A DNA stretch of 64,000 nt from contig CAVQIZ010000007.1 of NCBI GenBank assembly GCA_963712735.1, forward strand, positions 282,870-346,869, written 5' to 3'. The translations under genes were made by a program, and so were the position numbers. A model generated the notes under the pieces. It worked only from the letters and a program-made list of their open reading frames with translations. It was not told the DNA's origin and made no database searches. Shown here one piece after another: positions 38,874 through 51,117 of the stretch. Source of the stretch: an uncultured Chloroflexia bacterium. Its GTDB lineage: Bacteria > Chloroflexota > Limnocylindria > Limnocylindrales > CSP1-4. Each line of letters begins with the position of its first letter. Position 1 is the stretch's first letter.

Positions 38874-39009
38874 TGCCCGGCGCGCCTAGAGCGACCAGGC
38901 AGGCCGCGAGCTTGGCCATCCCATGCCCGGGGCGCCGTCGGTCTATGCCCCGCGCGCCTAGAGCGACCAGGCAGGCCGAGAGCTTCGCCATCCCATGCTC
39001 AGGGGCATC
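38874..39009. repeat. two tandem copies of a ~65-nt element, 72-nt period, intergenic
   Basis: ATGCCCGGCGCGCCTAGAGCGACCAGGCAGGCCGCGAGCTTGGCCATCCCATGCCCGGGG versus ATGCCCCGCGCGCCTAGAGCGACCAGGCAGGCCGAGAGCTTCGCCATCCCATGCTCAGGGG. Confidence 0.85.
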
Positions 39010-39222
39010 GGAGAGGCGAAGTGGGTGGTCGGCGCAGTCACGCTGGACTGAAACGACCAACACCGGGCGCTAGTTGACGCCCGACTCGGCCTTGTCCTTC
39101 TCCAGCCTGGTCCGTCTAGGCTTGGGCGGCATAAGCCGAGATGGGCAGTACCCCACCGGCTGGAGGCGGCAGGTCGCGACGTTCCACCGGCTGGAGACGC
39201 GCCACCGCTCGACGCGCCACCG

Positions 39223-39873
39223 CTAGATGATCGCGATGCCGTTGGCTGGTGGCGTCACTCCCTGACGCAGGGCACGCATGATCGCCGCAGTGTCGAGCGG
39301 CAAGGTGCTCGCCAGGGCCGAGCGGTGCTCGCGGATCACGGCTCGGTTGTGCCTGGTGCTGGCGACGACCAAGACAACCCTGGCAACCCCGCTGTCGCGC
39401 CACTTCAGCTCCGTGCGCCGTTGCAGAGCCTGCAGGTCGTGGAGCCGCGTCTCAGCATCGATGCCGATGTCCTGGTCACCCTCCAGCAGCACATCCCAGG
39501 CACGCAGGTCACCGACGCCACCGACAGGCACCTCTGTTCGCCACCGGAGCCCGGGCCCGATCTGAGACCGCAGGCGCTGCAGCAGACGCAGTTGCGCAGC
39601 GTCGCGCACCGGCAGCCCATAGGGGTAGGCCTTCAGCGAGAGACGTAGCCCGAGAGCCGCGCAGTGCTGCGCCAGTTCATCGAGCCGTGGTGCCAGGCGT
39701 TGACCACGTTCAGTACGGCTGATGCGTGACTGCGTCAGCCCTGCGACCCGGGCGACGTGACACTGGCTCACGCCGGCAGCGAGGCGTACGTCCCTGAGCT
39801 CACTGCCGAGCCCCAGCATTGCCGCATGGGCTTGCCGTCGTCCGCGGTCGCGGGCCCGTTGAAGTACTGGCAT
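39223..39873 (-). CDS. XRE-family HTH protein with uncharacterised C-terminal domain
   Basis: HTH LRDVRLAAGVSQCHVARVAGLTQSRISRTERG. The C-terminal ~130 aa contain AWDVLLEGDQDIGIDAETRLHD. The start could be 39819. Confidence 0.7.
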   Translation of the reverse strand: MPVLQRARDRGRRQAHAAMLGLGSELRDVRLAAGVSQCHVARVAGLTQSRISRTERGQRLAPRLDELAQHCAALGLRLSLKAYPYGLPVRDAAQLRLLQRLRSQIGPGLRWRTEVPVGGVGDLRAWDVLLEGDQDIGIDAETRLHDLQALQRRTELKWRDSGVARVVLVVASTRHNRAVIREHRSALASTLPLDTAAIMRALRQGVTPPANGIAII

Positions 39874-39931
39874 CAGCCAAGGATGGTGGGGCCGGCTTCA
39901 CTGCCACTTGCCTCGCGTGTACCGTCAGCAT

Positions 39932-40552
39932 ATGCAGCACAGCCCTGCGCTCGCCGTCGTCGTGCTTGCAGCGGGCGCCGGCAGCCGGTTTTCGGAGGTG
40001 CCGGGCGCCAAGCTGATGGCGCGCCTCGACGGGCGGCCGGTGTTGGCGCGCGTGCTGGATGCGGTGCACGAGTTCGGACCGAGCGCCACGGTCGTCGTGC
40101 TCGGCCATGGCGCCGACGCCATCGAGCGTGGCCTCGACTGGCGCGACGAGATCCGCGTGCGCAACCATGACCCGAGTCGCGGTCTCGCGTCCTCGCTGAA
40201 GGTCGGGATCGATCTATTGCGTGCGTTGCCCGCCGGGCTTGATGGTGCATTCATCGTGCTTGGCGACCAGCCAACCCTGGATGCTGGCGTGATGCGCCAG
40301 ATCGCGCGTGCCGCGGCCAGCCAGCGACCCGCCGACCGTCCCATCGTGGCTCCGCGCTACGAGCAGGACGGCCCGCGCAACCCGGTGCTGCTGCTGCGTC
40401 CGGCCTGGCAGCTGGTGGATGAGCTCGACGGCGACCGAGGGCTGGGCCAGCTCATCGCGGACCGACCGGAGCTGGTGCTTGACGTGCCTCTGCCCGGCTC
40501 CATGCCAGATGTCGATACGCCGGCTGACCTTGAGCAGCTGGCGACCGACTGA
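39932..40552 (+). CDS. mocA: molybdenum cofactor cytidylyltransferase-like nucleotidyltransferase (MocA/PucB type)
   Basis: LAVVVLAAGAGSRF glycine-rich NTP loop, IVLGDQP. 206 aa from the ATG at 39932. Confidence 0.75.
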   Translation: MQHSPALAVVVLAAGAGSRFSEVPGAKLMARLDGRPVLARVLDAVHEFGPSATVVVLGHGADAIERGLDWRDEIRVRNHDPSRGLASSLKVGIDLLRALPAGLDGAFIVLGDQPTLDAGVMRQIARAAASQRPADRPIVAPRYEQDGPRNPVLLLRPAWQLVDELDGDRGLGQLIADRPELVLDVPLPGSMPDVDTPADLEQLATD

Positions 40553-40654
40553 CAGTGTCTCCCCAACCAACTCCCCCAAGCAGCGTGCCATCTCCCGCAC
40601 GCAGTGTCCCTCACTCTGGCCGACCGCCGTCCACTGCCGTGCATTCCGGGTCAC

Positions 40655-41257
40655 TCACGGCAGTTCAGCCAGTACGTCCTCCATCGAGAGCCTGCCGGTG
40701 ACACCGGCCACGAACAGGACCTCACCCTTGGGGTAGAGGAACTTCCAAGACTCATCGCCCGGCTCGGACCGTGTCACGACGACGCGCCCATCGATAATCA
40801 CCGTCGGCCACTCGTAGGCCGGGGGCACATCTCGACCTACGACTTCCGCCGCCTCCCTGATCAGCAGGTCACCGACGACCTCGCCGGGCATACCGACGAT
40901 GCGAATGGCCGCCATGTCGAACGAGGCTCGACCCGTCGGGTCGTCAACGTCGGCCCATGCCACAGCCATCCGAAGGTCGTCGGGTGTCTTGCCGAGGTCA
41001 CGCAACACCTGTTCCAGCACTGGGCGGACCGGGCCCTTGGCGAGCATCAGCGAGTCCTGTCCGACATAGCCGAGGACCTTCAGTTCCACGCCGCCGAGGC
41101 GCGCTGGCAGGGCGAACTCCAAGCGGTTCGGTGCATACATCGGCGTGGCTTCTGGCGAAGGCAGTGGCGTCCCGCTGGGCGATGGCGACTGCGCCACCAC
41201 CACAGACCCCAGCGCCAAGACCAGCACTCCTGCCAGCAGTCCGACTCGCTTGCCCAT
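40655..41257 (-). CDS. secreted hypothetical protein
   Basis: Signal peptide MGKRVGLLAGVLVLALGSVVVAQS then a Pro/Ser linker. No family recognised. Last gene of the XDH operon. Confidence 0.5.
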   Translation of the reverse strand: MGKRVGLLAGVLVLALGSVVVAQSPSPSGTPLPSPEATPMYAPNRLEFALPARLGGVELKVLGYVGQDSLMLAKGPVRPVLEQVLRDLGKTPDDLRMAVAWADVDDPTGRASFDMAAIRIVGMPGEVVGDLLIREAAEVVGRDVPPAYEWPTVIIDGRVVVTRSEPGDESWKFLYPKGEVLFVAGVTGRLSMEDVLAELP

Positions 41258-41425
41258 CAGGTCCCCCACTCGGATTGTCGGCCCATCCTCCGCGCCCTGG
41301 TCAGCGGGTCAAGTGTCGGATGGCCTGCGCCACGGCCCACCACGTTCCCGTCGGCTCATCCGCACTCCGTGGCAGGGAAGTGTCAACAAGGTCTGTGGGA
41401 AGTACGACTAGCGGTCATTGACTGA

Positions 41426-42276
<851 letters not shown>

Positions 42277-42277
<1 letters not shown>

Positions 42278-42789
42278 CAGCCGTTCTCCCGCGCCACGGC
42301 GGCCGCCTCGATGGCCTGGATGATCTTGGTGTAGCCGGTGCAGCGACAGAGGTTGCCGGCGATGGCCTCGCGGATCTCGTCCTCGTCAGCCGTGCCGCCG
42401 TCATCGAGATAGACCTGTGCCGCCATCAGCATCCCCGGCGTGCAGATGCCGCATTGGGCCCCGCCGTACTCGAGGAAGGCGGTCTGGAGCGGGCTGAGCG
42501 CCGCGGTCTCCGCGTCGGAGAGGCCCTCCACGGTACGCAACTCGGAGCCGTCGACTTGGCACACGGGAACGAGGCAGCTGTCGACGACCATGCCGTCGAG
42601 GATGACCGAGCAGGCGCCACACTCGCCCTCGCCGCAGCCCTCCTTGGTACCGGTGAGGCCCAGGTCCTCACGGATGACGTCGAGGAGCCGGCGCATCCCC
42701 GGGACCGATACTTCGCGCAGCTCACCATTGAGCGTGAAGTGATACGTCGCGCCCGCCCCCACCGGCTCGCGCTCCCCGATGGCCGTCAT
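42277..42789 (-). CDS. xanthine dehydrogenase family (2Fe-2S)-binding small subunit
   Basis: CGEGECGACSV, QCGICTPGM, NLCRCTGY. The ATG at 42789 overlaps the large-subunit TGA (ATGA). Confidence 0.92.
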
Positions 42790-45092
42790 GCACCCTCCTC
42801 CAGCGCTCTCAACACCCGCTCCGACGTCGCGGGCAGCTCGGTCACCCACACCCCCACCGCATCGTGGATGGCGTCCACGATGGCCGGTGCAGCGACGTTC
42901 ATGGGTAGCTCGCCGATGCCCTTGGCACCGTGGGGTGCCCCGCTGAACGGTTTCTCCACGAGGATGGCGGTGATGCGGGGCGCGTCCATCGACGTCGGGA
43001 TGATGTAGGTCGAGAGACGGTCGTTGAGGTAGCGGCCGTCCTGCAGCTTGATCTCCTCGATGGTGCCGTAGCCGACCGACTGCAGCGTGCCGCCCTCGAT
43101 CTGCCCCTCCGCCAGCAATGGGTGGATCACGCGCCCGGCGTCATCGGCGCTGACGACGCTGCGAACGCGCACCTCGCCGGTGTCGAGGTCGACGTCCACC
43201 TTGGCAACCGCACAGGCCCAGCCAAAGGCGGGATAGGCGTCGCCGGTATACGTCTCCTCGTCGAAGTCGACCTCGGTCGCAGGCTGGTAGCGCTCGTCGA
43301 TGCGCGTGGCCCCATGCCGCCGCGCGTCCTCGCGGTAGACGTCGGCGAAGTGCCCGCCCGAGCGCTCCTCCACGATCTCGCGCAGGCGAGCGGCCGCCTT
43401 GGACACCAGCCCGCCCACGATCATCACCGTGCGCGAGGCGACGGTGGGGCCGCTGTTGGGCACGATCGAGGTGTCGATCGGCGCCAGCTCCACTTCTGAC
43501 GGCTCCACGCCCAGCACGTCGGCCACGATCATCGGCAGCACGGTGTTGGTGCCCTGGCCGATCTCCGTGTTGGCCACCAGCAGGCGCACGATGCCATCGT
43601 CGCCCAGCTCGACGCCGGCCACACTGCCCATGTTGATCTCGCCGCGGCCGGTGAAGCCGGCACCATGCCAGCCCAACGCGAGCCCGATGCCCGAGGCGAC
43701 ATGCACCCGGGTCGAGGTGACGCCCGAGCCCGCCTCCGCGGCCTGGCGCCAGCGGACCGCCCGTGTCTGGCGAGTCAGCTCGCGGACACCCTCGTAATCG
43801 GCCGACTCGACCGCCCGATCGAGGACCTCGTGGGCTGCGACGCTCTCGCGCAGCACCTGCCCGGTGGGCGTGGTGCCGCCCTCCCGGTAGGCCCAGCGCC
43901 GGCGCAGCTCGGCAGGTGAGATATCGAGCTCGTCTGCGATGCGGGCGATCTGCAGCTCGTGAGCGAAGCCGACCTGTGGCGCGCCGAACCCGCGGAATGC
44001 GCTGTTGGGCGGCGTGTTGGTGGCCATCGTGCGGCCGGCGATGTGGACGTTGGGGCACTCGTACGGGCCACCGGCGTGGAGGACGCCACGCGAGAGCACC
44101 ACCGGGGACAGCGTGCAGTAGGCGCCCGCGTCCATCACCACCTCGACGTCCTGCGCGATGAGTCGGCCATCGGCCGAGACGCCCGAGCGGTAGCGGATCA
44201 CCGCGGGGTGCCGCTTGGTGGTGGAGGCGATGTCCTCGTGGCGGTCGTAGATCATGCGTACGGGCTTGCCGATGCGCTGCGCCAGCAAGGCAGCATGGAT
44301 GGCCACGACGGAAGGGAAGTCCTCCTTTCCGCCGAAGCCACCGCCAGTCTCCGCCTGGGTGATGACAGCTTGTGTGTCACTCAGGTCGAGGGCGCGCTTC
44401 AGCGCCGTGTGCACGTAGTAGGGGCACTGCATCGAGCCGGTGATGGTGATGCCGCCGTCGGGCCGGGGCTCGGCGATCATGGCCTGGTTCTCGATGTAGA
44501 GCTGCTCCTGGTGGCCCACGCGATACTCGCCCTGCACGATGAGCGTGGCCTCGGCGAAGCCGGCCTCGGGGTCGCCGCGGGTGATCTCGTAGGCGGCGAA
44601 CTGCTGGGTCGATTCGAGCGGGTCGAAGACCGGCGGCAGGGGCTCGGTGCGCGCGCGGATGCGACGCTTGGCCTCACGCAGGGTGGCCTTGTCCGGTGCC
44701 GCGACGAGCGCGATGGGCTCCGAGTGATGACGGATGGTGTCGGTCGCCAGCGCCGGCATGTCGTCCTGGATGGAGCTGACGATGTTCTCGCCGGGGATGT
44801 CGGCCGCGGTCATGACCACGACTCGCGACCAGTCGAAGTCGGGATCGAGCTCCAGGCCGAGCAGGCGTGCGTGCGCCACCGTCGAGCGGATGGTGGCGCC
44901 GTACCAGGCGCCCGGGAAGACGAGGTCGTCGGTGTACTTGGCCTCGCCGGTGAGCTTGCCCGGACCTTCCCGGCGCAGCGGGGCGGGCGACGCCAGGCCG
45001 AGCGTGGGCGCCGCGACCTCGCCGGGGGCAGGCGGAGACAGCACGACTGGCGCCTCGGCGGTGGCGCGCTGGTCACGAGCGGAAGCACTCAC
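42786..45092 (-). CDS. xanthine dehydrogenase family molybdopterin-binding large subunit
   Basis: 768 aa uninterrupted. Motifs GGGFGGKE and NSAFRGFGAPQ (XDH/aldehyde-oxidase type rather than the CODH AYRCSFR type). Confidence 0.92.
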   Translation of the reverse strand: MSASARDQRATAEAPVVLSPPAPGEVAAPTLGLASPAPLRREGPGKLTGEAKYTDDLVFPGAWYGATIRSTVAHARLLGLELDPDFDWSRVVVMTAADIPGENIVSSIQDDMPALATDTIRHHSEPIALVAAPDKATLREAKRRIRARTEPLPPVFDPLESTQQFAAYEITRGDPEAGFAEATLIVQGEYRVGHQEQLYIENQAMIAEPRPDGGITITGSMQCPYYVHTALKRALDLSDTQAVITQAETGGGFGGKEDFPSVVAIHAALLAQRIGKPVRMIYDRHEDIASTTKRHPAVIRYRSGVSADGRLIAQDVEVVMDAGAYCTLSPVVLSRGVLHAGGPYECPNVHIAGRTMATNTPPNSAFRGFGAPQVGFAHELQIARIADELDISPAELRRRWAYREGGTTPTGQVLRESVAAHEVLDRAVESADYEGVRELTRQTRAVRWRQAAEAGSGVTSTRVHVASGIGLALGWHGAGFTGRGEINMGSVAGVELGDDGIVRLLVANTEIGQGTNTVLPMIVADVLGVEPSEVELAPIDTSIVPNSGPTVASRTVMIVGGLVSKAAARLREIVEERSGGHFADVYREDARRHGATRIDERYQPATEVDFDEETYTGDAYPAFGWACAVAKVDVDLDTGEVRVRSVVSADDAGRVIHPLLAEGQIEGGTLQSVGYGTIEEIKLQDGRYLNDRLSTYIIPTSMDAPRITAILVEKPFSGAPHGAKGIGELPMNVAAPAIVDAIHDAVGVWVTELPATSERVLRALEEGA

Positions 45093-45134
45093 GCGAGATC
45101 TCCCTCCTGAGTTGGCCTCGACGTTGCGTATCGT

Positions 45135-45794
45135 ATGCCGATGGACGCATCCGTGACGCGCGCAGCACTCCTGCAGCGTGGGTTGCGGCTCGAATACCTG
45201 ACCATCGGCTGGAACGTGCTGGAAGGCGTCGTCGCTGTCGGCGCGGGCCTGGCGAGCGGATCGATCGCCCTGGTCGCCTTCGGTGTGGACAGCGTCGTGG
45301 AGACCATCTCCGGCGTCGTCCTCGTCTGGCGCCTGCGCGCGGAGGCCAGCGGTCGCCTCGATGACGAGGCCGTCGAGCGGGTCGAACGCAGGGCCGAGCG
45401 GCTGGTCGGTGTCTCCTTCCTGCTGCTGGCGGCCTACGTCGCGTTCGAATCGGTGCGGACCCTGCTGGCGGCAGAGGCGCCGGACGCGAGCCCGCTCGGG
45501 ATCGTGCTCACCAGCGTCTCGATCGTCGTGATGCTGTGGCTGGCACGGGCCAAGCTCGCGACCGGCCGGGCGCTCGGAAGCCGCGCCCTGATCGCGGACT
45601 CACGGCAGACACGGGCGTGCTGGTATCTCTCCGCTGTCGCCCTCGTCGGGCTGGGGCTGAACGCGCTGCTGGGCTGGTGGTGGGCTGACCCGGTCGCCGC
45701 GCTCGTCATCGCCGGGCTGCTGCTGCGCGAGGCGCGGGAGGCACTGTCCGGCGAGGACGACGATGACGGCGAAGACGACGAGGACGACGACTGA
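45135..45794 (+). CDS. cation-efflux (CDF-like) transmembrane-domain protein with poly-acidic tail
   Basis: 219 aa. GSIALVAFGVDSVVETISG and ALIADSRQT motifs. C-terminus GEDDDDGEDDEDDD. No cytoplasmic CDF domain. Confidence 0.7.
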   Translation: MPMDASVTRAALLQRGLRLEYLTIGWNVLEGVVAVGAGLASGSIALVAFGVDSVVETISGVVLVWRLRAEASGRLDDEAVERVERRAERLVGVSFLLLAAYVAFESVRTLLAAEAPDASPLGIVLTSVSIVVMLWLARAKLATGRALGSRALIADSRQTRACWYLSAVALVGLGLNALLGWWWADPVAALVIAGLLLREAREALSGEDDDDGEDDEDDD

Positions 45795-45865
45795 CGGATC
45801 CGGAGCGCTAGCACGCCGGCACGCCCAGCCTGTCGAACGACCGTCGTGGCGCTACGCTATCGCCC

Positions 45866-46330
45866 ATGCTCCAACTGTGGCTGTTCCTGCACATCCTCGG
45901 GGCCATCGCGGCCTTCGGTTTCGGCTTCTACGCCCCTGTCTTCGGCATGGCCGCGGCGCGGGAGCCGCAGCACGGCAACTGGTACATGCGCGCATCCAAG
46001 CGGGTCTCCAACGCCGTCATCGTGCCGGTGGCCATCTCGATGTTCGTCACCGGGACGCTGCTGGTCATCGAGACCGGCGGCATGCGCCGGTTCGAGGAGC
46101 TGTGGCTGGCGGTCGCGCTGGTGCTGTACGTCATCTCGCTGCTGATCGTGTTCCTGCTGCAGCGCCCGGCGCTCAACAAGGTCATCGCCATGACCGAGCA
46201 GCCGCCCGGGCCGGAGGGGCCACCCGCCGAGCTGGCGGAGAACGTCCGCAAGATGCAGCTCTACGGCATGATCCTGCTGCTGCTGACCATCGCCATCGTG
46301 GCGCTCATGGTCTGGAAGCCGGTGCTCTAG
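45866..46330 (+). CDS. DUF2269-type membrane protein
   Basis: 154 aa, four TM helices, LFLHILGAIAAFGFGF N-terminus. Confidence 0.7.
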   Translation: MLQLWLFLHILGAIAAFGFGFYAPVFGMAAAREPQHGNWYMRASKRVSNAVIVPVAISMFVTGTLLVIETGGMRRFEELWLAVALVLYVISLLIVFLLQRPALNKVIAMTEQPPGPEGPPAELAENVRKMQLYGMILLLLTIAIVALMVWKPVL

Positions 46331-46345
46331 GCCCGACCGTCTGCT

Positions 46346-47824
<1,479 letters not shown>

Positions 47825-47834
47825 GCGAGGGATG

Positions 47835-49165
47835 CTAGACCGCGGGCGGCCCCTCGAGGCGGCGACCGCGCACCCAGGCGGCGCGCACCATGCCCGGCCG
47901 CTCACGGAAGATGAGCCGGCTGGCGACTTCCTCGTGGTCACGGCAGGGCTCGGCCTCCGGCGGGCGTCCCAGCTCGGGGTCGACGGCGATGAGGTCGGCT
48001 TCCTTGCCCACTTCCAGCGAACCGATGACGTCGTCGAGGCCGAGCGCCTGTGCGCCGCCGAGCGTGCCCAGTCGCAGCCACTCCAGCGGCCCCGGCAGCG
48101 CCGCCTCGTCGCCGACGACCGTGGCGCGAGCGTTGTGGACGAAGAAGCCCAGGCGCATCTGCGTGATCACCGACAGCTCCGGGGCGCCGGCCACGTCGGT
48201 GCCCAGGCCCGACGCGCAGGCCCTCGTCGAGGTAGCGCGCGATGGGCATCACGCCGCTGCGGATGAACATGTTGCTGACCGGGCAGTGGGCGATGGCCGA
48301 ATCCGTCTCCACCATGCGCGCCACCTCCCGGTCGGAGAGGTGGATGGCGTGGGCGAGGAGCGCCCTGCGCCCCAGCCCACCGGCGCGGTCGTAGACGTCG
48401 AGGTAGTCGGCGGCCTCGGGGAACTGCTCGCCGACCGTCGCGATCTCGAGCGCGTCCTCTGACAGGTGCGTCTGCCAGGTCGCGTCGTAGTGGGCTGCCA
48501 ACGACGCCGATTCACGCAGCATGTCAGCCGTGCAGGAGACGGCGAACCGCGGCGTGAAGGCGTAGCGCAGGCGTCCGTCGGCAGCACCGTGCCAGCGCTC
48601 GCACAGCTCCGCGGAGGCGCGCATGGCGTTCTCCAGGATGGCGCTGGGCGGAGTGACGATCGTCGTAGGTGACGCGGTCCATCAGGACGTTGCCGATGGT
48701 GGCGCGGATGCCGTGGTCCTCGGCCGCGCGGAAGCAGGCGTCAGTCGAATCGGGCCAGATGGCGGCGTAGGCGGCGAAGGTGGTGGTGCCGGCGGCGGCC
48801 ATGGCCCGGTACACCTGCGGCGCCAGTCGCTCGGCCGCGGCCACGTCGAAGGCGCGCTCGAGCGGGAAGACGTAGCGCTCCAGCCAGGCCAGCAGGTCCA
48901 TGCCGGCGCCGAGGCCCGCCGCCGGGACCTGCGGGATGTGCACGTGCGTGTCCACCAGGCCGGGCATCAGCACCAGCGGGCGCAGGTCGATGGCCGTCTC
49001 GGCCTCGCGAGGTGCGTCGGCAGCGGCGCGGACCGAGCGGATGCGACCCGACTCGTCCACCTCGATGACCCCGTCGGGCTGCCACAGCGTGGAGCCGTCA
49101 GCCAGGGGGCTCAGCAGTCGCGCACGCAGCGTGAAGGGCGGCTGGAGCGGGAAGGCCGTGGCCAC
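47835..49165 (-). pseudogene. guanine deaminase-like amidohydrolase, two frame breaks
   Basis: PGLVDTHVHIPQ, QTHLSED, IAHCPVSN, GLGTDVAGAPE, EVGKEADLIAVD. The pieces rejoin after deleting one base near 48662 and one G of a GGG run near 48208. Confidence 0.8.
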
Positions 49166-49182
49166 GTCAGCGAGCGTAGGAC

Positions 49183-50300
49183 TCAGCCGGCGTCAGCGTC
49201 AACGGTCGGTGCCGCATCCGTGCCGGCGGTCTGCGCCGCCCGCTGCAGCCGGATCCGCTGGTCGATGATGAGGCCGAGCAACAGCACCTGCTGCACGATG
49301 GTCGCCAGCGCTCCCACCTGTGCGGCGTAGAACCCGACCAGCCCACCCGCGACGAGCCCGAGCAGGGTGGCCGCAAGGGCCACGTCCATCGCTCGCAGCG
49401 CCCGTCTGCGCAGCAGCAGCAGGAGAGCCACGAGCGAGCCGACGCCGACCAGGGCGTTGATGCCGAAGAGCAGCAGGATCCACACGGGCTCTCGCGGGAT
49501 CTCGAGTCGGCCGCTGTCGAACGTCTGCAGTTCGGCCCAGTCGACTTCACCGCTGGCCGACACCAGCAGCACCAGCACGGACACGAGGGCCGCGGCCACG
49601 GCCAGCAGGAGGCCGATGGCGATGAGCCAGCGCTCCAGGCGCGCCGGCAGGAACCGCTCCAGCAGCCGGCGGGCGTCGCCGCGAGCGATGAAGCCGGGGG
49701 ACACCAGCCGCGACGTCCATGGCCGGAGACTCGAGCGTTGCGATCATCGACGCCGCGAGCCGCTCATCCTCGGCCGATGGCGGCGTCGCTGCCTGGGCCT
49801 CGCGCAGCTGCACCAGGACGCGCTGGCGATCGGGCTCGGTCAGGCGACCATCGACTCCCGCGGCCAGCGACTCCACGACCGCGTGCATGGCCGACTGGTT
49901 GTCCAGCCGCCGCCGGCGCACGAGCACCCACAGCAGGATGAGCAGCAGGATGCTGCCGTAGATGATGGGAGCGGCGGGGGCGAAGAAGTAGTCGTTGGTG
50001 GAGGTCAGGAACTTGCCCACCTCGTCGATGAACAGGCCCGCGCCGACGCCGGCGAGGACTGCCGACAAGAGCAGCGAGCGCTGGCCCGCGTATAGCAGGG
50101 GTAGCAGCGCTGCGATGAAGAGCGCCAGTCCGCCCCAGAGCACGTGGGCGACGTGCAGGTCCGCCGCCGCCGATGGTGGGATACCCGGCCGTGTCGAGGT
50201 ACCAGCGGACACCGGCGACCGTCACCGCGAAGGCGGCGATGGTCAGGACCAGGTAGCGCTCGGCGCCGTCGCGCCGCACACCGAGGGGCTTGAGCTGCAT
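49183..50300 (-). pseudogene. multi-TM membrane protein, unknown function, two frame breaks
   Basis: Three ORF pieces (49764-50300, 49547-50212, 49183-49704) rejoin as ...YPTIGGG-DLHVAHVLWGG... and ...MDVA-LVSPGFIARGD... after deleting one G near 50161 and one near 49712. Confidence 0.5.
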
Positions 50301-50328
50301 CGCGCGAGAGCCTATCCCACCGACGCGT

Positions 50329-50745
50329 TCAGCGTGCGCCCGGGACGGACACGGCGATGACCTGAAGGCCGTCGATCCCGTTGAAGTCGCGGGGGTTGCA
50401 GGTATAGAGCGGCAAGCCGTTGGCGAGCGCGACGGCCGCGATCATGGCGTCGTAGGCCCGGGCCGACGTCTTGCGACCCGAACGACGTAGCCCGGCAGCG
50501 ACCTGGCCGAAGGCACGCGCGGCATCGGCATCGAACGGGAGCGGGTCGAAGTCGACCTCAGCGCGCTGGAGATGGGCCTGCCTCGTCGCGCGCTCTTCGT
50601 CGGTGCCCACGAGCGGACCGACGCTGAGCTCTGCGAGCGTGATGGCGCAGATCAGCGGGTACGTCGGCAGCTGCGCGACGTCGCGGATGCGGTCGAGCAT
50701 GATGACCGTGCTCGTATCGAGCAGGCCTCGCTCTGGCCGCGTCAC
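50329..50745 (-). CDS. vapC: type II toxin VapC (PIN-domain ribonuclease)
   Basis: 138 aa. LLDTSTVI (first acidic residue), AITLAELSVG, AYDAMIAAVALANGLPLYTCNPRDF. Confidence 0.85.
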   Translation of the reverse strand: MTRPERGLLDTSTVIMLDRIRDVAQLPTYPLICAITLAELSVGPLVGTDEERATRQAHLQRAEVDFDPLPFDADAARAFGQVAAGLRRSGRKTSARAYDAMIAAVALANGLPLYTCNPRDFNGIDGLQVIAVSVPGAR

Positions 50746-50978
50746 AGCGAGGGGTCGATGAGGCGGTCGATGTCCCGCCTCAGCGTCTCGGGGTCCATCG
50801 GCGGCAGCCGTTGCCAGCGCTCGATCAGGGATTCCGCGGACAGCGTGCGCTCGGGGACCGGCACCAGGCGGGCGACGGGCATCCCGTCGCGGGTGACTGT
50901 CAGGATCTCACCCGCCGTCACGCGCTCGATGACCTCACCGCCCTTGTTCCGCAGCTCGCGGATCGTCACATCAGCCAT
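50742..50978 (-). CDS. type II antitoxin (Phd/YefM-like VapB)
   Basis: 78 aa. MADVTIRELRNKGGEVIERV. The stop overlaps the vapC start by 4 nt. Confidence 0.75.
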   Translation of the reverse strand: MADVTIRELRNKGGEVIERVTAGEILTVTRDGMPVARLVPVPERTLSAESLIERWQRLPPMDPETLRRDIDRLIDPSL

Positions 50979-50995
50979 GTATCACAGTGTATCAC
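50978..50995 (-). promoter_or_regulatory. possible antitoxin operator
   Basis: Direct repeat TGTATCAC-AG-TGTATCAC abutting the antitoxin start codon. Confidence 0.35.
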
Positions 50996-51117
50996 CGATG
51001 AGACATGCCACGCCCGATGACCATGGTTCGCGAGCATGCAGGGAACCTTTTCAGGCCTTGTGGGACGCAATAGGGTAAGAGCGCGGCGAGAAGCGTCGCG
51101 CCGAAGCGGTGGTCCAC

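Noticed and set aside
38874-39009. Possible CRISPR array
   Set aside because: There are only two units, directly adjacent with no unique spacers, no cas genes in the window, and units far longer than CRISPR repeats.
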